A stretch of 64,000 nucleotides of DNA from assembly GCF_006345805.1 (NCBI RefSeq), contig NC_043001.1, positions 53,568,001-53,632,000 of the forward strand, read 5' to 3'. Source of the stretch: Octopus sinensis (lineage: Eukaryota). Positions within the stretch are counted from its first letter, which is position 1; each line of letters starts with the position of its first letter. Positions 28,224-41,541 of this stretch are shown one piece after another. A program made the position numbers and the translations under genes. The notes beneath the pieces were generated by a model, which searched no databases, was not told where the DNA came from, and worked only from the letters and a program-made list of their open reading frames with translations.

Positions 28224-28553
28224 TCTCTATCATTATTTATAGTTTAGACTTTAATTTCCTTTATATTTAACATTCACTATTAATATCCCTACTCTTTCTG
28301 TTAGCTACTTATGACGTTATATCATATAACGTTTTTTTAAACAATATTAATAGCGTTCTGTCTATCGCTATACGAATCCATCATTTTTTGCTAAAATGTC
28401 GTATTGACAAGTTTCGTTTTTTCACTTTCCCGAAGAGAAGATTGCATTGTTTATACCTTTTATTCTTTTGAATAAGTATCAGTGGAATTTTTGAAACATA
28501 TGTAGAAAGAAAAAATACTTGTTTAAACCTGCGTTGACTCCATTTTTCATTCC

Positions 28554-28621
<68 letters not shown>

Positions 28622-29092
28622 TGTCTGTGTATACATAACACTATGCAAATGACTGTAAACTACGTGCAACAGAAATTAACTTCACAATTTATTGCCCTTT
28701 TCTTCACTTTCAGAGGAGATAAAACAAGTCTCGTGGCAATTGGGAACTACTCCAAAATTACTGAGATAATCTTAAATAAGAAAAATCAAGGACTTCATGA
28801 ACTGACATGCCATCAAGGGAAAGTAAATAAGATTGTCTATAGCGAAGACAGCTTTAGGCATTTGGACCTCTTTCAATAGGTTTCATCATTATAGTAATTT
28901 TTCTACCTTGTAAAAGCCACCGAACAAATAGAAACAGAGTAAAGAAAAAACATCTAGGTTCATTTCCGGTACTAAACACCAAGTCTCCTCGTATATGTAC
29001 ATACATATTTGTATACATACACGTATCTATTTCCTTGTCTATCTAACCTTCTATCAATCTATGTGTGTGCGTCTGTCTGCCTATCTATCTAC

Positions 29093-29207
<115 letters not shown>

Positions 29208-30264
29208 CTGTATATATATATATATATATATATACAGATATATATTATACATACATAAGTATGCTTATATACACTGCGTGTGTTTGTGTTTATACGTGCT
29301 AATGTATGGCTATGCTTTTTAAATATGGTTGTAATGATTACTTTAATTATACCTGGAAATTATACCTGTTTTATAAATGTTTGACAATAATAGCTTTTTG
29401 AACTTCCTTAAACGTATAGGAGTTCTATAATTTGCAAAGTTTGTAATGCTTACTGAACGTAACATTTCCACCATTTTCATTACATATTTTATTGTTTCAG
29501 CCGTTTTATATCTCTCTTAATATTCAGTTTACAAAATTGCGTTCATTTCTATAAATATTTACTTCGCTTCTGAAAAAGAATCAGGTTGTTTTCCCCAAAA
29601 CTTTCAATTCTGTGTGTTTCACTATACAAATATATTACAATTCATATATCATTTTCTACTAAGTAAACCGAACGTAATGCAATGCATTTCTTATTTTCAT
29701 GAACTAAAATGTTGCTCAATATTTGACTTCATTCATTGTATGATTGCAAAAATTTCTAATTATGCAGTGTTGTTCTCAGTAAACATGCATAAATTCGAGT
29801 TGAATAGCAATTTCCAGGTCCTATAAGAGCTTTTATAGTTCAATGCTAATTTGTGTACCAAGTAGCTCTGAGGCAATTTCTTCCAAATAGCTAGAAGCGT
29901 GGAACATGTAAAGTTTTGTTTGTCTTGCAATATTTTCATTTGCATACGTCAGTTTTTTTTTTATTTGACATACAACATTAGCTTTACAGTTGTCCCATTC
30001 AGAAACACGATATTCTTTAAATGCATGAAGAATATTGCTTCCCAGGTCTTTCCAATTTCTTAAAAGTTGGCTTCAGAATACATTTCTGATAATTTCATGG
30101 TGTTTATCTTTTAACAAATAATAGCGGTCCAACAAAGAGAATAAATTATTTTCCAGATAATATGAATGACACTCTACACAAATAGCAAATAAACTGTCAA
30201 GAACAAACGTACTGGCTTTGAATCAGCGATAAACATCGTTAATATGTATTATGCTATAAAATCC

Positions 30265-30520
30265 TATATATAGGTTGTGAGTTCTAATGCCAGCGTCACA
30301 TTGAGACTGTAGGCAAAGGTCTATGTTTTACACTGCTCTAGTCCGTGCAGCTGACAATAATGAGTTGCACCTATAGTTCAGTCGAGTAGCATTGGCACAT
30401 TCGATATGTCACACTGAACTACGCAGAGGTTACGCAAATCTGTGGAGTGCTCGGCCACTTGGACGTTAATTTCGCGATCAGGTTGTTCATTAATCGAAAA
30501 TACTGGAACTCTAGTCCTCA
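30265..30520 (+). mobile_element. SINE-like repeat (family C), degenerate
   Basis: cagctgacaataatgagttg...gtggagtgctcggccacttggacgttaatttc resembles an octopus SINE as I recall it; not verified by search. Confidence 0.5.
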
Positions 30521-30527
30521 TATATAA

Positions 30528-30561
<34 letters not shown>

Positions 30562-30653
30562 CTGCGTTTGTGTGCGCGTATGCGCGTGTGTGTTTACATA
30601 GATAAATAGATAGATAGATACATACATACATACATGCATACAAACATACATAC

Positions 30654-30719
<66 letters not shown>

Positions 30720-31279
30720 CCAATTCGAGGAAGTTAGATCCACGTTAGAGATTATATATTTTCCAAAATTTCCACTGGTTCATTAATATCATATAATGAA
30801 AAAGGTTCTGCGATATGTTAGAAATTACTGTAGTAACGCATATAATTAATATTGAAAGAAAGAAAATGGAGAAAGATGGATGTATCAATAATTTATTTGT
30901 ATGATATAAAAATGTTGAAATTTTTTAATAAACATAATAATACAAATAAATTGTAAATTGTAAAGATCAAAAATATAATAGGAAATGTGAAAATAACTAC
31001 ATATATGTTTCAGATCTCGTCCCTAATTAAAAGGTATCATTTTTAACTGTACGAAATTTATTATGAGCTCATAGATCTAAAGTTAGCATTTTTCTTTGAA
31101 GGATTCATACAGAATATCAACCATGGGCTAAAACTGAAACATATATTTAGGTTTTTACACACCTACCATTCTCTATTTTAGCTTTACAGCTTATAATTTA
31201 TTAGCATAGTTTGTTTTTTAAAAACTTTCAACATCATTATATCCTACAAATAAATTACTCATACATCTATCCTTCTCCA

Positions 31280-31373
<94 letters not shown>

Positions 31374-31511
31374 TGTGTGTGTGTGTGCCTGCGTTTGTGT
31401 GCGCGTATGCGCGTGTGTGTTTACATAGATAAATAGATAGATAGATACATACATACATACATGCATACAAACATACATACATATATATATATATGTATGC
31501 ATGTATGTATG

Positions 31512-31552
<41 letters not shown>

Positions 31553-32108
31553 CCAATTCGAGGAAGTTAGATCCACGTTAGAGATTATATATTTTCCAAA
31601 ATTTCCACTGGTTCATTAATATCATATAATGAAAAAGGTTCTGCGATATGTTAGAAATTACTGTAGTAACGCATATAATTAATATTGAAAGAAAGAAAAT
31701 GGAGAAAGATGGATGTATCAATAATTTATTTGTATGATATAAAAATGTTGAAATTTTTTAATAAACATAATAATACAAATAAATTGTAAATTGTAAAGAT
31801 CAAAAATATAATAGGAAATGTGAAAATAACTACATATATGTTTCAGATCTCGTCCCTAATTAAAAGGTATCATTTTTAACTGTACGAAATTTATTATGAG
31901 CTCATAGATCTAAAGTTAGCATTTTTCTTTGAAGGATTCATACAGAATATCAACCATGGGCTAAAACTGAAACATATATTTAGGTTTTTACACACCTACC
32001 ATTCTCTATTTTAGCTTTACAGCTTATAATTTATTAGCATAGTTTGTTTTTTAAAAACTTTCAACATCATTATATCCTACAAATAAATTACTCATACATC
32101 TATCCTTC

Positions 32109-32200
<92 letters not shown>
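30520..32200. repeat. tandem duplication, period 833 bp
   Basis: 30719-31280 and 31552-32113 appear identical by eye; copies differ only in flanking microsatellite lengths. Confidence 0.95.
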
Positions 32201-32202
<2 letters not shown>

Positions 32203-32203
32203 A

Positions 32204-32234
<31 letters not shown>

Positions 32235-32280
32235 GTATGCATGTATGTATGTATGTATATATATATATATATATATATAT

Positions 32281-32445
32281 AACACATTTTTCTCTCCTTG
32301 TTTCTTTCTGTGTTCCTTTCTGTGGAAGAGCATAGGCTCGAAACGTTAAATACTTTTTTCAATTCCCAAGCCTTATATTAATACATTAGTTTGTACTCTA
32401 CACCAACTGTCTTCCTCTTTTGATTTTTTCGTGAATTTTCCCTAT
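32281..32445 (+). mobile_element. short (TA)n-flanked non-autonomous element with a hammerhead-like motif
   Basis: cctttctgtggaaGAGCatagGCTCgaaacgttaaa; (TA)n on both sides. Confidence 0.5.
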
Positions 32446-33844
32446 ATATGTATATATATATATATATATATACACATACATACATACATACATGCATACA
32501 TACATACATACATACATACATACATAATTTCCTCTACCCTACTTCTCTGCAACCTGTTTTTCTTTTAAAATAAACCAATAAGCCGTTGCTATAGTGTGAA
32601 ATTGTATCGGCTTCTTGGCCGATGGCATTTCATGCCGAGAATGAGGCGTGTTCATTTTGGGGCGGGGGAGTTTAGGTCTGGGGATGCCAGTTTTCCTGAG
32701 AATTGTATTCTATCACACATATGTTCTTATTGAGAACTCTGCTATGCTCATTCTCAGTAGTATCCGACTTATATCTCCGGTTAAAAACTGACACATTCGA
32801 AGTAGATTGACTTTTAGCATTGACCTTCATCATTTGAACCTTCTTTAGTTACACTTCACGAAGATAGATCTGGGATAAGACAGTAGTATTATTGGCTCTT
32901 GTATATTAGTAATTTGTTTCGGTATATTTACTTCAACACTACTCTACATCAACTTATTCCTTTTCATTCGTCAGTCTTTTCTCGTCACAAATATGGCTCG
33001 ATATTTTTAAGAGGCTCGATTATTATAAGAAGAATTTCTTGGTGGTTCGTATCAACAACGTTCGGATGTTTAAGTATATATTTTTGTATGTGTTTGTGTG
33101 TGTAATTTGGTACGTCCCAAACTTCGGTTGATTTGAGACATCTCTTCTGTTAAGTCTCTCCAAAACCTCAATTCTGTCGCCATTGCATAACGCTGTCATC
33201 TGTCCTACCTCCTGGCCCAATACTGGGCAGCAATAAATAAAATGGTTCATAAATAAAATCAATATTTATTCCTTACCTACACATATTCTGAAATTATGTG
33301 TAGCATTTTACATTAGAGACTTTTGGTTGTTCTTCTGGGGTGAATTTTGATTTGTGCCTCATCAAGTATCCGTCAAATTCAAATTTAGATCTTGAGATTC
33401 TCAGGTTTATGTTTGTTTCTTTCCTGTAGTACAGTTTTCTATCTTTCTGCATTAACCATGTTTGAGCTCGTGTTGCCATTGGTTAAGTATGGTGTACCGT
33501 TGCCACGTAATCCCCACAGTGTGTCGCCTTTTCACGTGATCAATTGTTGCTTCTTGTTTTCTTCCCCAGCTGTATGTTAACTTTTTCATCTATTAAGCAA
33601 ATAATGTTTTTTTTTTTAAAAAACAGATGTCAGTTTTTCTTATGCTCACTCTGTTGCTATTTCATGAGTTGCCCATTTTCTTCCGTACTATATTTGTTGA
33701 TATTTCATTATAGCCTTCGTGTTTCATACGTCTTTTTTTAAATATTTGAATTAAATATCCCATCTCTAAAATTATTTTGATTTCTCTATTTTCTCTATGC
33801 AGTAACCGTTTCAGTCTTCTGGCTGAAGTGCTATTTTGTTTACC

Positions 33845-33905
33845 GAATACATGATTCTAAATTCAGAATACATGATTCTAAATTCAGAATACATGATTCT
33901 AAATT
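33845..33905. repeat. 21-bp tandem repeat, about 3 copies (gaatacatgattctaaattca)
   Basis: Perfect adjacent copies with no spacers. Confidence 0.95.
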
Positions 33906-33991
33906 AGTAGTAGTAGAGCTAGCATTGCCTTAAGTAAATTTATTATTACTTTTCTTTTGACTCTTTCAATTAATAATACAATAAGTATATA

Positions 33992-34277
33992 ATGTTGTGT
34001 CTGGGGAGAGTCATATTCTTTTTGTGCCTTATAATGTAACACACTCACCGGTAAAATTTCCACTTTTTTCTTATTTTTATTGTCCTAAAACTTTCGTTGT
34101 TTCGTTGCGTCTTGCAACCTTTTCAATAGTTTTGACACTTCAAAACTATTGAAAAGGTTGCAAGACGCAACGAAACTTTTAGGACAAAAAAAATAAGAAA
34201 CAAAAGTGGAAATTTTACCGGTGAGTGTGTTACATTATAAGGCACAAAAAGAATATGACTCTCCCCAGACACAACAT
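33992..34277. repeat. near-perfect foldback palindrome (~140-bp arms, 4-nt loop)
   Basis: atgttgtgtctggggagag...ttttga-cact-tcaaaa...ctctccccagacacaacat. Confidence 0.95.
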
Positions 34278-34694
34278 AATATATTTCAATACAAGAACTC
34301 ATATAAAGAATCTTGCAAACCAAATCCAAAAACCAAGTATAATGTTTCTTAAGGTTTTCTATAATTAGATCCCCTGACGTTTAGTATAATCCATTGATTC
34401 TTTCTCTTGCCCTATCTCAGTTTCTTTAACTTTCAAATACATATGTATGCACACACACAAACACACGTAACACACATACACATACAAACACAAACACACA
34501 CAATGAACATCCAAAAAGTGCGTTCCTTTCGTATGGTGTTACATCGTAGAGCAACAATATGTATTTATGTGGTGCGGTTTTATATTTATTTTGCTTTCCG
34601 TGGTGCTAGATCGGAAACCCTGATTTACAACTTCATCTCGTATTCGTTATTGCGATACTTAGCATTTATATTAAGCTACATAATTTGTATACAT

Positions 34695-34725
<31 letters not shown>

Positions 34726-35422
34726 CTTTTTTCGGCTGTGTAAATGTAGCTTTCTAAGATAGCTGGCATGTTGGGTTTTAATGCCTGGTTTAAATCTACG
34801 CTTATGGATCCAAAGATTTTACTACGATAATGTTGTTTACTGTCATTCTTTCTTTAATGTACCACTATAAAATATACATACAGAATAAAAGGATTTTCTT
34901 CCTGTATTTATGTGTGACTCCTCTGCATCTAAAGTGCCATTATTCTTCTCTATACTACTGTATTACTTTTTTGTACAGTCTCGTATGCGTGATATTTCTA
35001 TAACACGCACTATATCATTAATCATGGACTTATAGGTGGTGGTGGTGGTGGTGGTGGTGTCTTTACACCAAATATTGGCGAAGAGTTCTTGTTCCGATGT
35101 GGACCATATCTTGACAGCTTTATTATCATTATACTGCCGACTACGATGAATATTTGTAACACAAAGGTTCTATGAGGCAATGATACATAAGTTAGATAAA
35201 CATTGCTGCCAAAGCTATTTTTAAAGTTTCCTTTATTTATCTTGGTGAGAACATATCCCTGAAATTGTGTGACTCTTTGCAATGTACGAAGCGATTGCTA
35301 TTATCGTTACGAATAACTTTGACCTTACAAAATTTGAAAGATAAATCATCGGCATCATTAATATCATCATCGTCATCGTCGTCGTCTTCATCATCATCAT
35401 CATCATCAATATTATTATTATT

Positions 35423-35937
35423 GAGTGACACTGGGGTACAATATACGAAGCCCAGTATACCCATCATGACTACCCGTCTGATAAGGGTAAACTAGGCACA
35501 TGTATCACAACCATATGTCCATATGTGCCCGACATGGTGATCGCATATCAAGATAAAAAGCACATGACCTTGCTGTTGGGGCCCAGTTAGAATTTTCTTC
35601 TGATCGAGTAGTCCATCCCGCTCAAATGGTCCTTGAATAAGGATTGTTTACTGTTGTTGGATGAACCACCCATGTTTCCATAGGTGAATTATTCAAACCT
35701 CCAAGAATTCCTTTCAACACACGGCTATGATGCTCCTCCACTACTTCTGCTCATGACCAGAGATGCACATATCGTCAAACGGTTAAGGTCAAACAACTGA
35801 CAAGCAAATATGTGGTATTGAGCAGAATATTTGCTGTAGCCCATATTTTATACCAAGACAAAACAATGCACATGATAACACTTCCAATCAGTTAAGATCA
35901 GATGCCATGAGAGCCACTGTCTGGTACAGCATCAGGG

Positions 35938-35940
<3 letters not shown>
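35423..35940 (-). mobile_element. ~520-bp non-coding interspersed repeat flanked by (ATT)n, copy 1
   Basis: Homologous along its length to 36358-36870; ATT repeats on both sides; orientation inferred from the (AAT)n tail. Confidence 0.75.
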
Positions 35941-36024
<84 letters not shown>

Positions 36025-36061
36025 ATAGTAAGAATTGAGGTAACTCCTCCAGAATACATAG

Positions 36062-36276
36062 AGTGAAAATTAAAAGAAGAGTGCCATTGTTATCTAGTAA
36101 ACGATATTTCGACATCTTGTGTGCCTTCAACTGGTTTAAAAAAATAATTTTGTCAATCTACTTCATTTAATTATATATAATTATATATAAGTAATTTTTG
36201 AAACAGTTGAAGACACACAAGATGTCGAAATATCGTTCACTAGATAACAATGGTACTCTTCTCTTAATTTTGACAC
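36062..36276. repeat. inverted repeat (~80-bp arms, roughly 90% identical, AT-rich loop), MITE-like
   Basis: aagaagagtgccattgttatctagtaaacgatatttcgacatcttgtgtg pairs with cacacaagatgtcgaaatatcgttcactagataacaatggtactcttctc. Confidence 0.9.
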
Positions 36277-36350
<74 letters not shown>

Positions 36351-36357
36351 TATTACT

Positions 36358-36870
36358 GAGTGTGACACTGGAATAAAATGTACGAAACTCAGTATAACCG
36401 TCAAGACTACCCGTCTGATAAGAGTACACCAGGCACATGCATGACAACCATGGTGTTCTCCTATCAAGATAAGCATCACATGACCTTGCAGGTGAGGCCC
36501 AGTTAAAATTTTCTTCTGGACGAGTATCCTATCACGCTCTAAAAGTCCCTGAATAAGGTTTGTTTAAGGATGTTGAACGAAATATCTGTTTCCATAGGTG
36601 AATTATCCAAACCTTAAAGAATTCCTCTCAGCATATGGCTGTGGTGCTCCCCTATTACATCTGCTTGTGATAAGAGAAGCACATATCATCATCCTCTAAG
36701 GGACATGCTCAACTTGATAAATTCACACAACTGACATGCAAACCTATGGTATTGAGCATAATATTTGCTGTAACTTATCTTTTATGCGAAGACAAAAGAA
36801 TGCACAAGATAACACTTCCAATCAGATAAGACCAGAAGTCATGAGAGCCGTTGCCTGTTACTGCATGTCA
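36358..36870 (-). mobile_element. ~520-bp interspersed repeat, copy 2
   Basis: gactacccgtctgataag...gaagtcatgagagcc matches copy 1; long (ATT)n on the left. Confidence 0.75.
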
Positions 36871-36919
36871 CTAGCGCATAATTTTAGATATCCACAACAT
36901 TTAAATAATCATTCATGGG

Positions 36920-38600
36920 CTTAAAATCCTGTTGATAATTTTTTCTTGTCTCTAAGGAGCAACCTTTCTGTAGATGATCTAGAGGACATTCCATTTATCT
37001 ATATCTCTGCTCACAGTTCCCAATGCAAGAAGTATTCTAAGCACAACCTTTAGAGTTTTCATACTCCAAATTCTTGCAATCTCAAAATTTATGGGATTGA
37101 ATCGTTTTAATTTTTCATCCTCTTTCTTTACATTTCTAGAATCAAATGGCAGGATTTATCAATTTCTAAGAAATTTCGCATTTCTTTGCCTATTATTATT
37201 ATGGCGGGTTTATTATTTCCATGTTTCTTATCCATTTAGATAGGGAAACCCATAAATTTTGCACTTTTCCGACTCCAGGACAAAGTTTCCAGTGTAGTAA
37301 AACTTTCACAACTTGATCATGGCTCCATTTCTTATATTTTCACTGTGACAACTTGGGATATTCTGCAATAATATGTACATCTGTATCATTCTAATTTCTA
37401 CTCACAACATTCTTCTGACACCTTCTCCCCGTACATATATTTTCTGAAGTTGTATAGGTTTTTATCGTTTGATCATCAGCTGCTATAATATTTCTCTAGC
37501 TTTCTTATTTTAATTCCCAGGATTCTGTTCCACCTACATCCTCACTGGTTTTCTAATACTGACCATGCAACTCTTTCTCATCAACCTGTTCAACATGCTC
37601 GCATTGAATTTCATTATTGTTCTTTCCTGCTATTCCACACTTGATAATTTTTTTCTTTACTCACTGGCTTTACTAATTTCTCTTTGTTGTTCTGTAAATA
37701 TTCCAGTAGTTCTTTTTCTTTCCATCAGTACACATTCTTCCAAAACAATCAAACCCCTACCACGCTGGTGTCTCTTCAAATATAACTTTAAGATGGTGGG
37801 CTCTATACATCGTCAACGGTTTTCTAATTTTTCTGTCAATTTTCTGTGTAGCTTGTGGTCAAATCTACAATTCCAATTCTATATTTAATCACCAGTAATG
37901 CCTTGGCATTTATTGCTTTAATAACACTTATTAAGTCACAATTGACTGTAATATTTCCTCAATCCCCTTTTATACGCCCTACTGGTAATTTATTTTATCG
38001 CTTCGTGTTGTATTCATCTGCCTCCAGATATCCCCCAAATACTTATAACACTGTCCTTTTGTAACTGCTTTCTTTTGTAGCCCATTTGGCATTTCAATTG
38101 CCTGGGTTCCTTCAAATCTTCCTCGTTTACTTTTCAATCCCAAATTCCATACCTACATCTTTTGAGAAAATATGAACTGTATGTACAAGATTTTCAAGCT
38201 GCTTCGCAATTCTCGCATAAAGCTGAACGCCATCCATAAAAATATGATTTATCTGACCATACCCATTTCAAAAATCATAAGCTGTTTTAAATTTAGGCAA
38301 TATCAAATTGAGAAGCAACATAACCAAGAGGAATAGTAATGGACATAAGCCATCCAATTGAAATATACCACATCTGATGTTCACTTGCACAAATCTTTGT
38401 TTTCCTCTGATGCATAAAGTATTCCAGTGGTTCAAACTATCCCTGGCTATTCTCTCCATAGGCATATTTTCTGCCACTCCAAACTTGCTGGCTGTTTTAA
38501 TTATCCACCTTTTATCTCTACATTTAATTATTCAAGATGTGGAGCGTGAAATTGAAAACAATAGCACTAATAATATGCGGAGCATTGGGTATGTTACAAA
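36920..38600 (-). mobile_element. decayed R4/Dong-type reverse transcriptase region
   Basis: VNIRCGIFQLDGLCPLLF (GIFQGDSLSPLLF motif) followed by INHIFMDGVQLYA...FSKDVGMEFGIEK (decayed xMDD); many stops. Confidence 0.85.
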
Positions 38601-39448
38601 CATGCTTTAAAAACACGTAGAAGCAATACCTTGAGCTTCAACACTTCATATCCAAAATTCTTCGATAAACACTTGATTTGATTTTTAGATCATGTAGTTC
38701 TGTTAGGTCAATTTCTGTCTGACTTTCTTCATCTATTTGATTTTCATCTACCTTCGGGTTTATAGTTGGTTCTGAGAATATTTCACTTTGCTTATCAGTT
38801 ACATTAGCTCTTTCAATCATTATCGCATTTACATCAGCTCTGGACCGGTCTATAAACATTTCCTCAGTAGTATCTTCTTTAGCTTCTTAAGGCTAACATA
38901 TTTATAGCCATTTGTATTATTAGCTGTTGATAGATTTATCGCCGGGCATAGATTTTTTGTGGTGTTTTTAAACATGAATTGTTCACTCTGTGTTAATTCG
39001 AAAAATAAAAATTGCTTTGTTTTGTTTTATTTTTTTTTGCTTCGTTCGTTGCATGTGTTTTGATATGGGTGCATGTCTCCTGTGAATTTCCTGTAGTTGT
39101 GTAAACATTGGAATGCATGTATAGTCCTATGTGTATTAAAATGTATATATGACTGAGTAGACATTCGAGTGTATGCGTAATTACTCAATTTGTGTACTTA
39201 CTGTTTCCATCCATTTATATCTTATAATTTGTAAACATTCCGGTGTTAATTTTGCGTGTGTATTTCGCACGTGTTTTACTGAAACATTGTTCATAGGAGA
39301 AACTGTGCTTTGTATGGCAGGAAACTTTCCTTCTTGTGATTATTTTCATTTAAAGATCGCTTCCTTTATCCCATTTTACTGATGTTATTAGATTAGATTA
39401 GTTTTTGAATGGAGAGCCCGGAGTAGCACATCTATATTGTAATTCAGC

Positions 39449-39536
<88 letters not shown>

Positions 39537-41499
39537 GCATTATTATTATTATTATTATTATTAATATTATCATTATTATTATTATTATCATCATCATCAT
39601 CATCATCCTAATCCTCCTCCTCCTCCTCATCATCATCATCATCATCATCAACATTAGTATCTCATAATTATAACAGGAGATTTTTTTGTTACCAGGGATG
39701 TTTTCGTGAGGTTAGGTGACAACACATATCCTCAAATCTTAATCATTCTTTGCACAATGCAGGATTGCACGTTTTACACTCTTAACTGTAATATGTATCA
39801 GGATTTTGCCAACCGTTATGTACAAAACTACAGTCAAAACTTATTTGAGTAAGAATCTTTTAACACAATCTTCCATTTCGTTTATCAACGTATGCATCTC
39901 TGCACCATCCTTATCTCTGATATTTATGTTTTGTTGTTTCATCTCATCCTCCATTTCACTTTGAAATTTCTATAAACAATCTGCTTCTTACTCCAGATTT
40001 GTGAACAAACATTCATTACTCCTCAGTATCTTTACAACAGTCTCGTAATGTCTTTCCTAATTCTCCAGTTGTACGTAATTTACAGTCATAGTTGTATCAA
40101 GTATTCAGTAGAAATATTACATGGTGTTTCATTTTAAACTAGTAAAACGAATATAGGAAAAACTAATGTGCAAATCCTAATGCCAAATACTAAAAACTAA
40201 AAACAATGCAAATGCTCAGCGATACAGATGAATGTGCAAAATAGTTTCACACACATAAGTTTCTATATATGGATAGATAGCAATACTCTGATAATAATGA
40301 CAATATTCCATATATCACGAAACCAATTTAATTCGCCGGTGACGTGATAACAAAACTTGCTTGAGTGTACGTTTGAGATTGGTTTTCGTAAAAAGTATGG
40401 TACAATAATGCTGTTATCCAGGCACGATAATAGTCGTAGATATCATATCTTTCTATCATGGGAGATTAATTCCTGATATTTCGTTGATAAATAAAATCAC
40501 AATAGAACAGTAAAAATATGATCATTATTTAGAGTGCTGTCCTAAATAAAATAACGTCACGCCTTTCATATATATTACCGTAATGTTAACGTTAAATATG
40601 CAGGAAATCTTCTCTATCTCTTTGTATGAATTAATGCCGTGGTTTTGATATACGCATCTATAATATCTAGATCAGGTCTTCAATTCAGGTCGTGGAAACA
40701 AGTTTCATTTATGAAGACGTTAACTTCTCCTCGAAATATCTTGGTACACAAACTAATTATCAACAAATTTATTTTAGTCGCTTTTGCGTCTAACTTTATT
40801 ATACACATGCCATATTCGAAAAGAGATGATATAATGAGATCATTGAGTGTAAAATTACCTTCTTATTGGGAATTTTGAACCACTTAGATCTAAACACGTT
40901 TTTCATTCAGTTGAAATTTCTGTAAATGATTTCTTGACGTTTTATGAATTAGCACAAAATATTTCATACAGTGTTATGATTTGTTTAAAATTTTATGCAA
41001 AAGAAAAATAAAGATTACTGATAGTGTTTAATATTTTTCAAGTAGGAGTTCATTCAGATATGGAATGCATTTCAATGATTCACTAAGATTAAGAATGAAA
41101 TGATAGTATTAAGTGAGGTCTTTCAGTTAACAATACACTTTTAATCTTTGCAGTTTCTCAATTACATGTTTGACATAACGAGATAATTTCAATCATTAGT
41201 AACCCATTATAACATCAATAGATCAAGTTCTGTTTCGATTGCCACATGGAGTTGAAGTAGAGATATCTAATCAACGTCATATTGATTATTTTTAGGAAGA
41301 ATATTACATTATGTTATTAGCAACACCGATATTGATTTTAACTATTCTTTTATTGTAATATGGTACTTCCTGAAGTGAATATTTGCTATATATCTGCCCT
41401 GGGAAAAATACATATCTAAATACAACGAAAAGAATCAGGTCAAAGAAAGGATTCACCGAAAAATGAAAAACAAATGTGTCTGCGCATGTGTGTGTGTGT

Positions 41500-41541
<42 letters not shown>

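Noticed and set aside
33223-33276. 54-nt GT-AG intron-like segment with the flanking peptide LGQEVGQMTALCNGDRIEVLERL
   Set aside because: The upstream frame has stops, there is no good downstream donor, and the region looks like decayed TE sequence.
33845-33905. Short direct repeats as a CRISPR array
   Set aside because: The units abut with no spacers; eukaryotic context with no cas genes.
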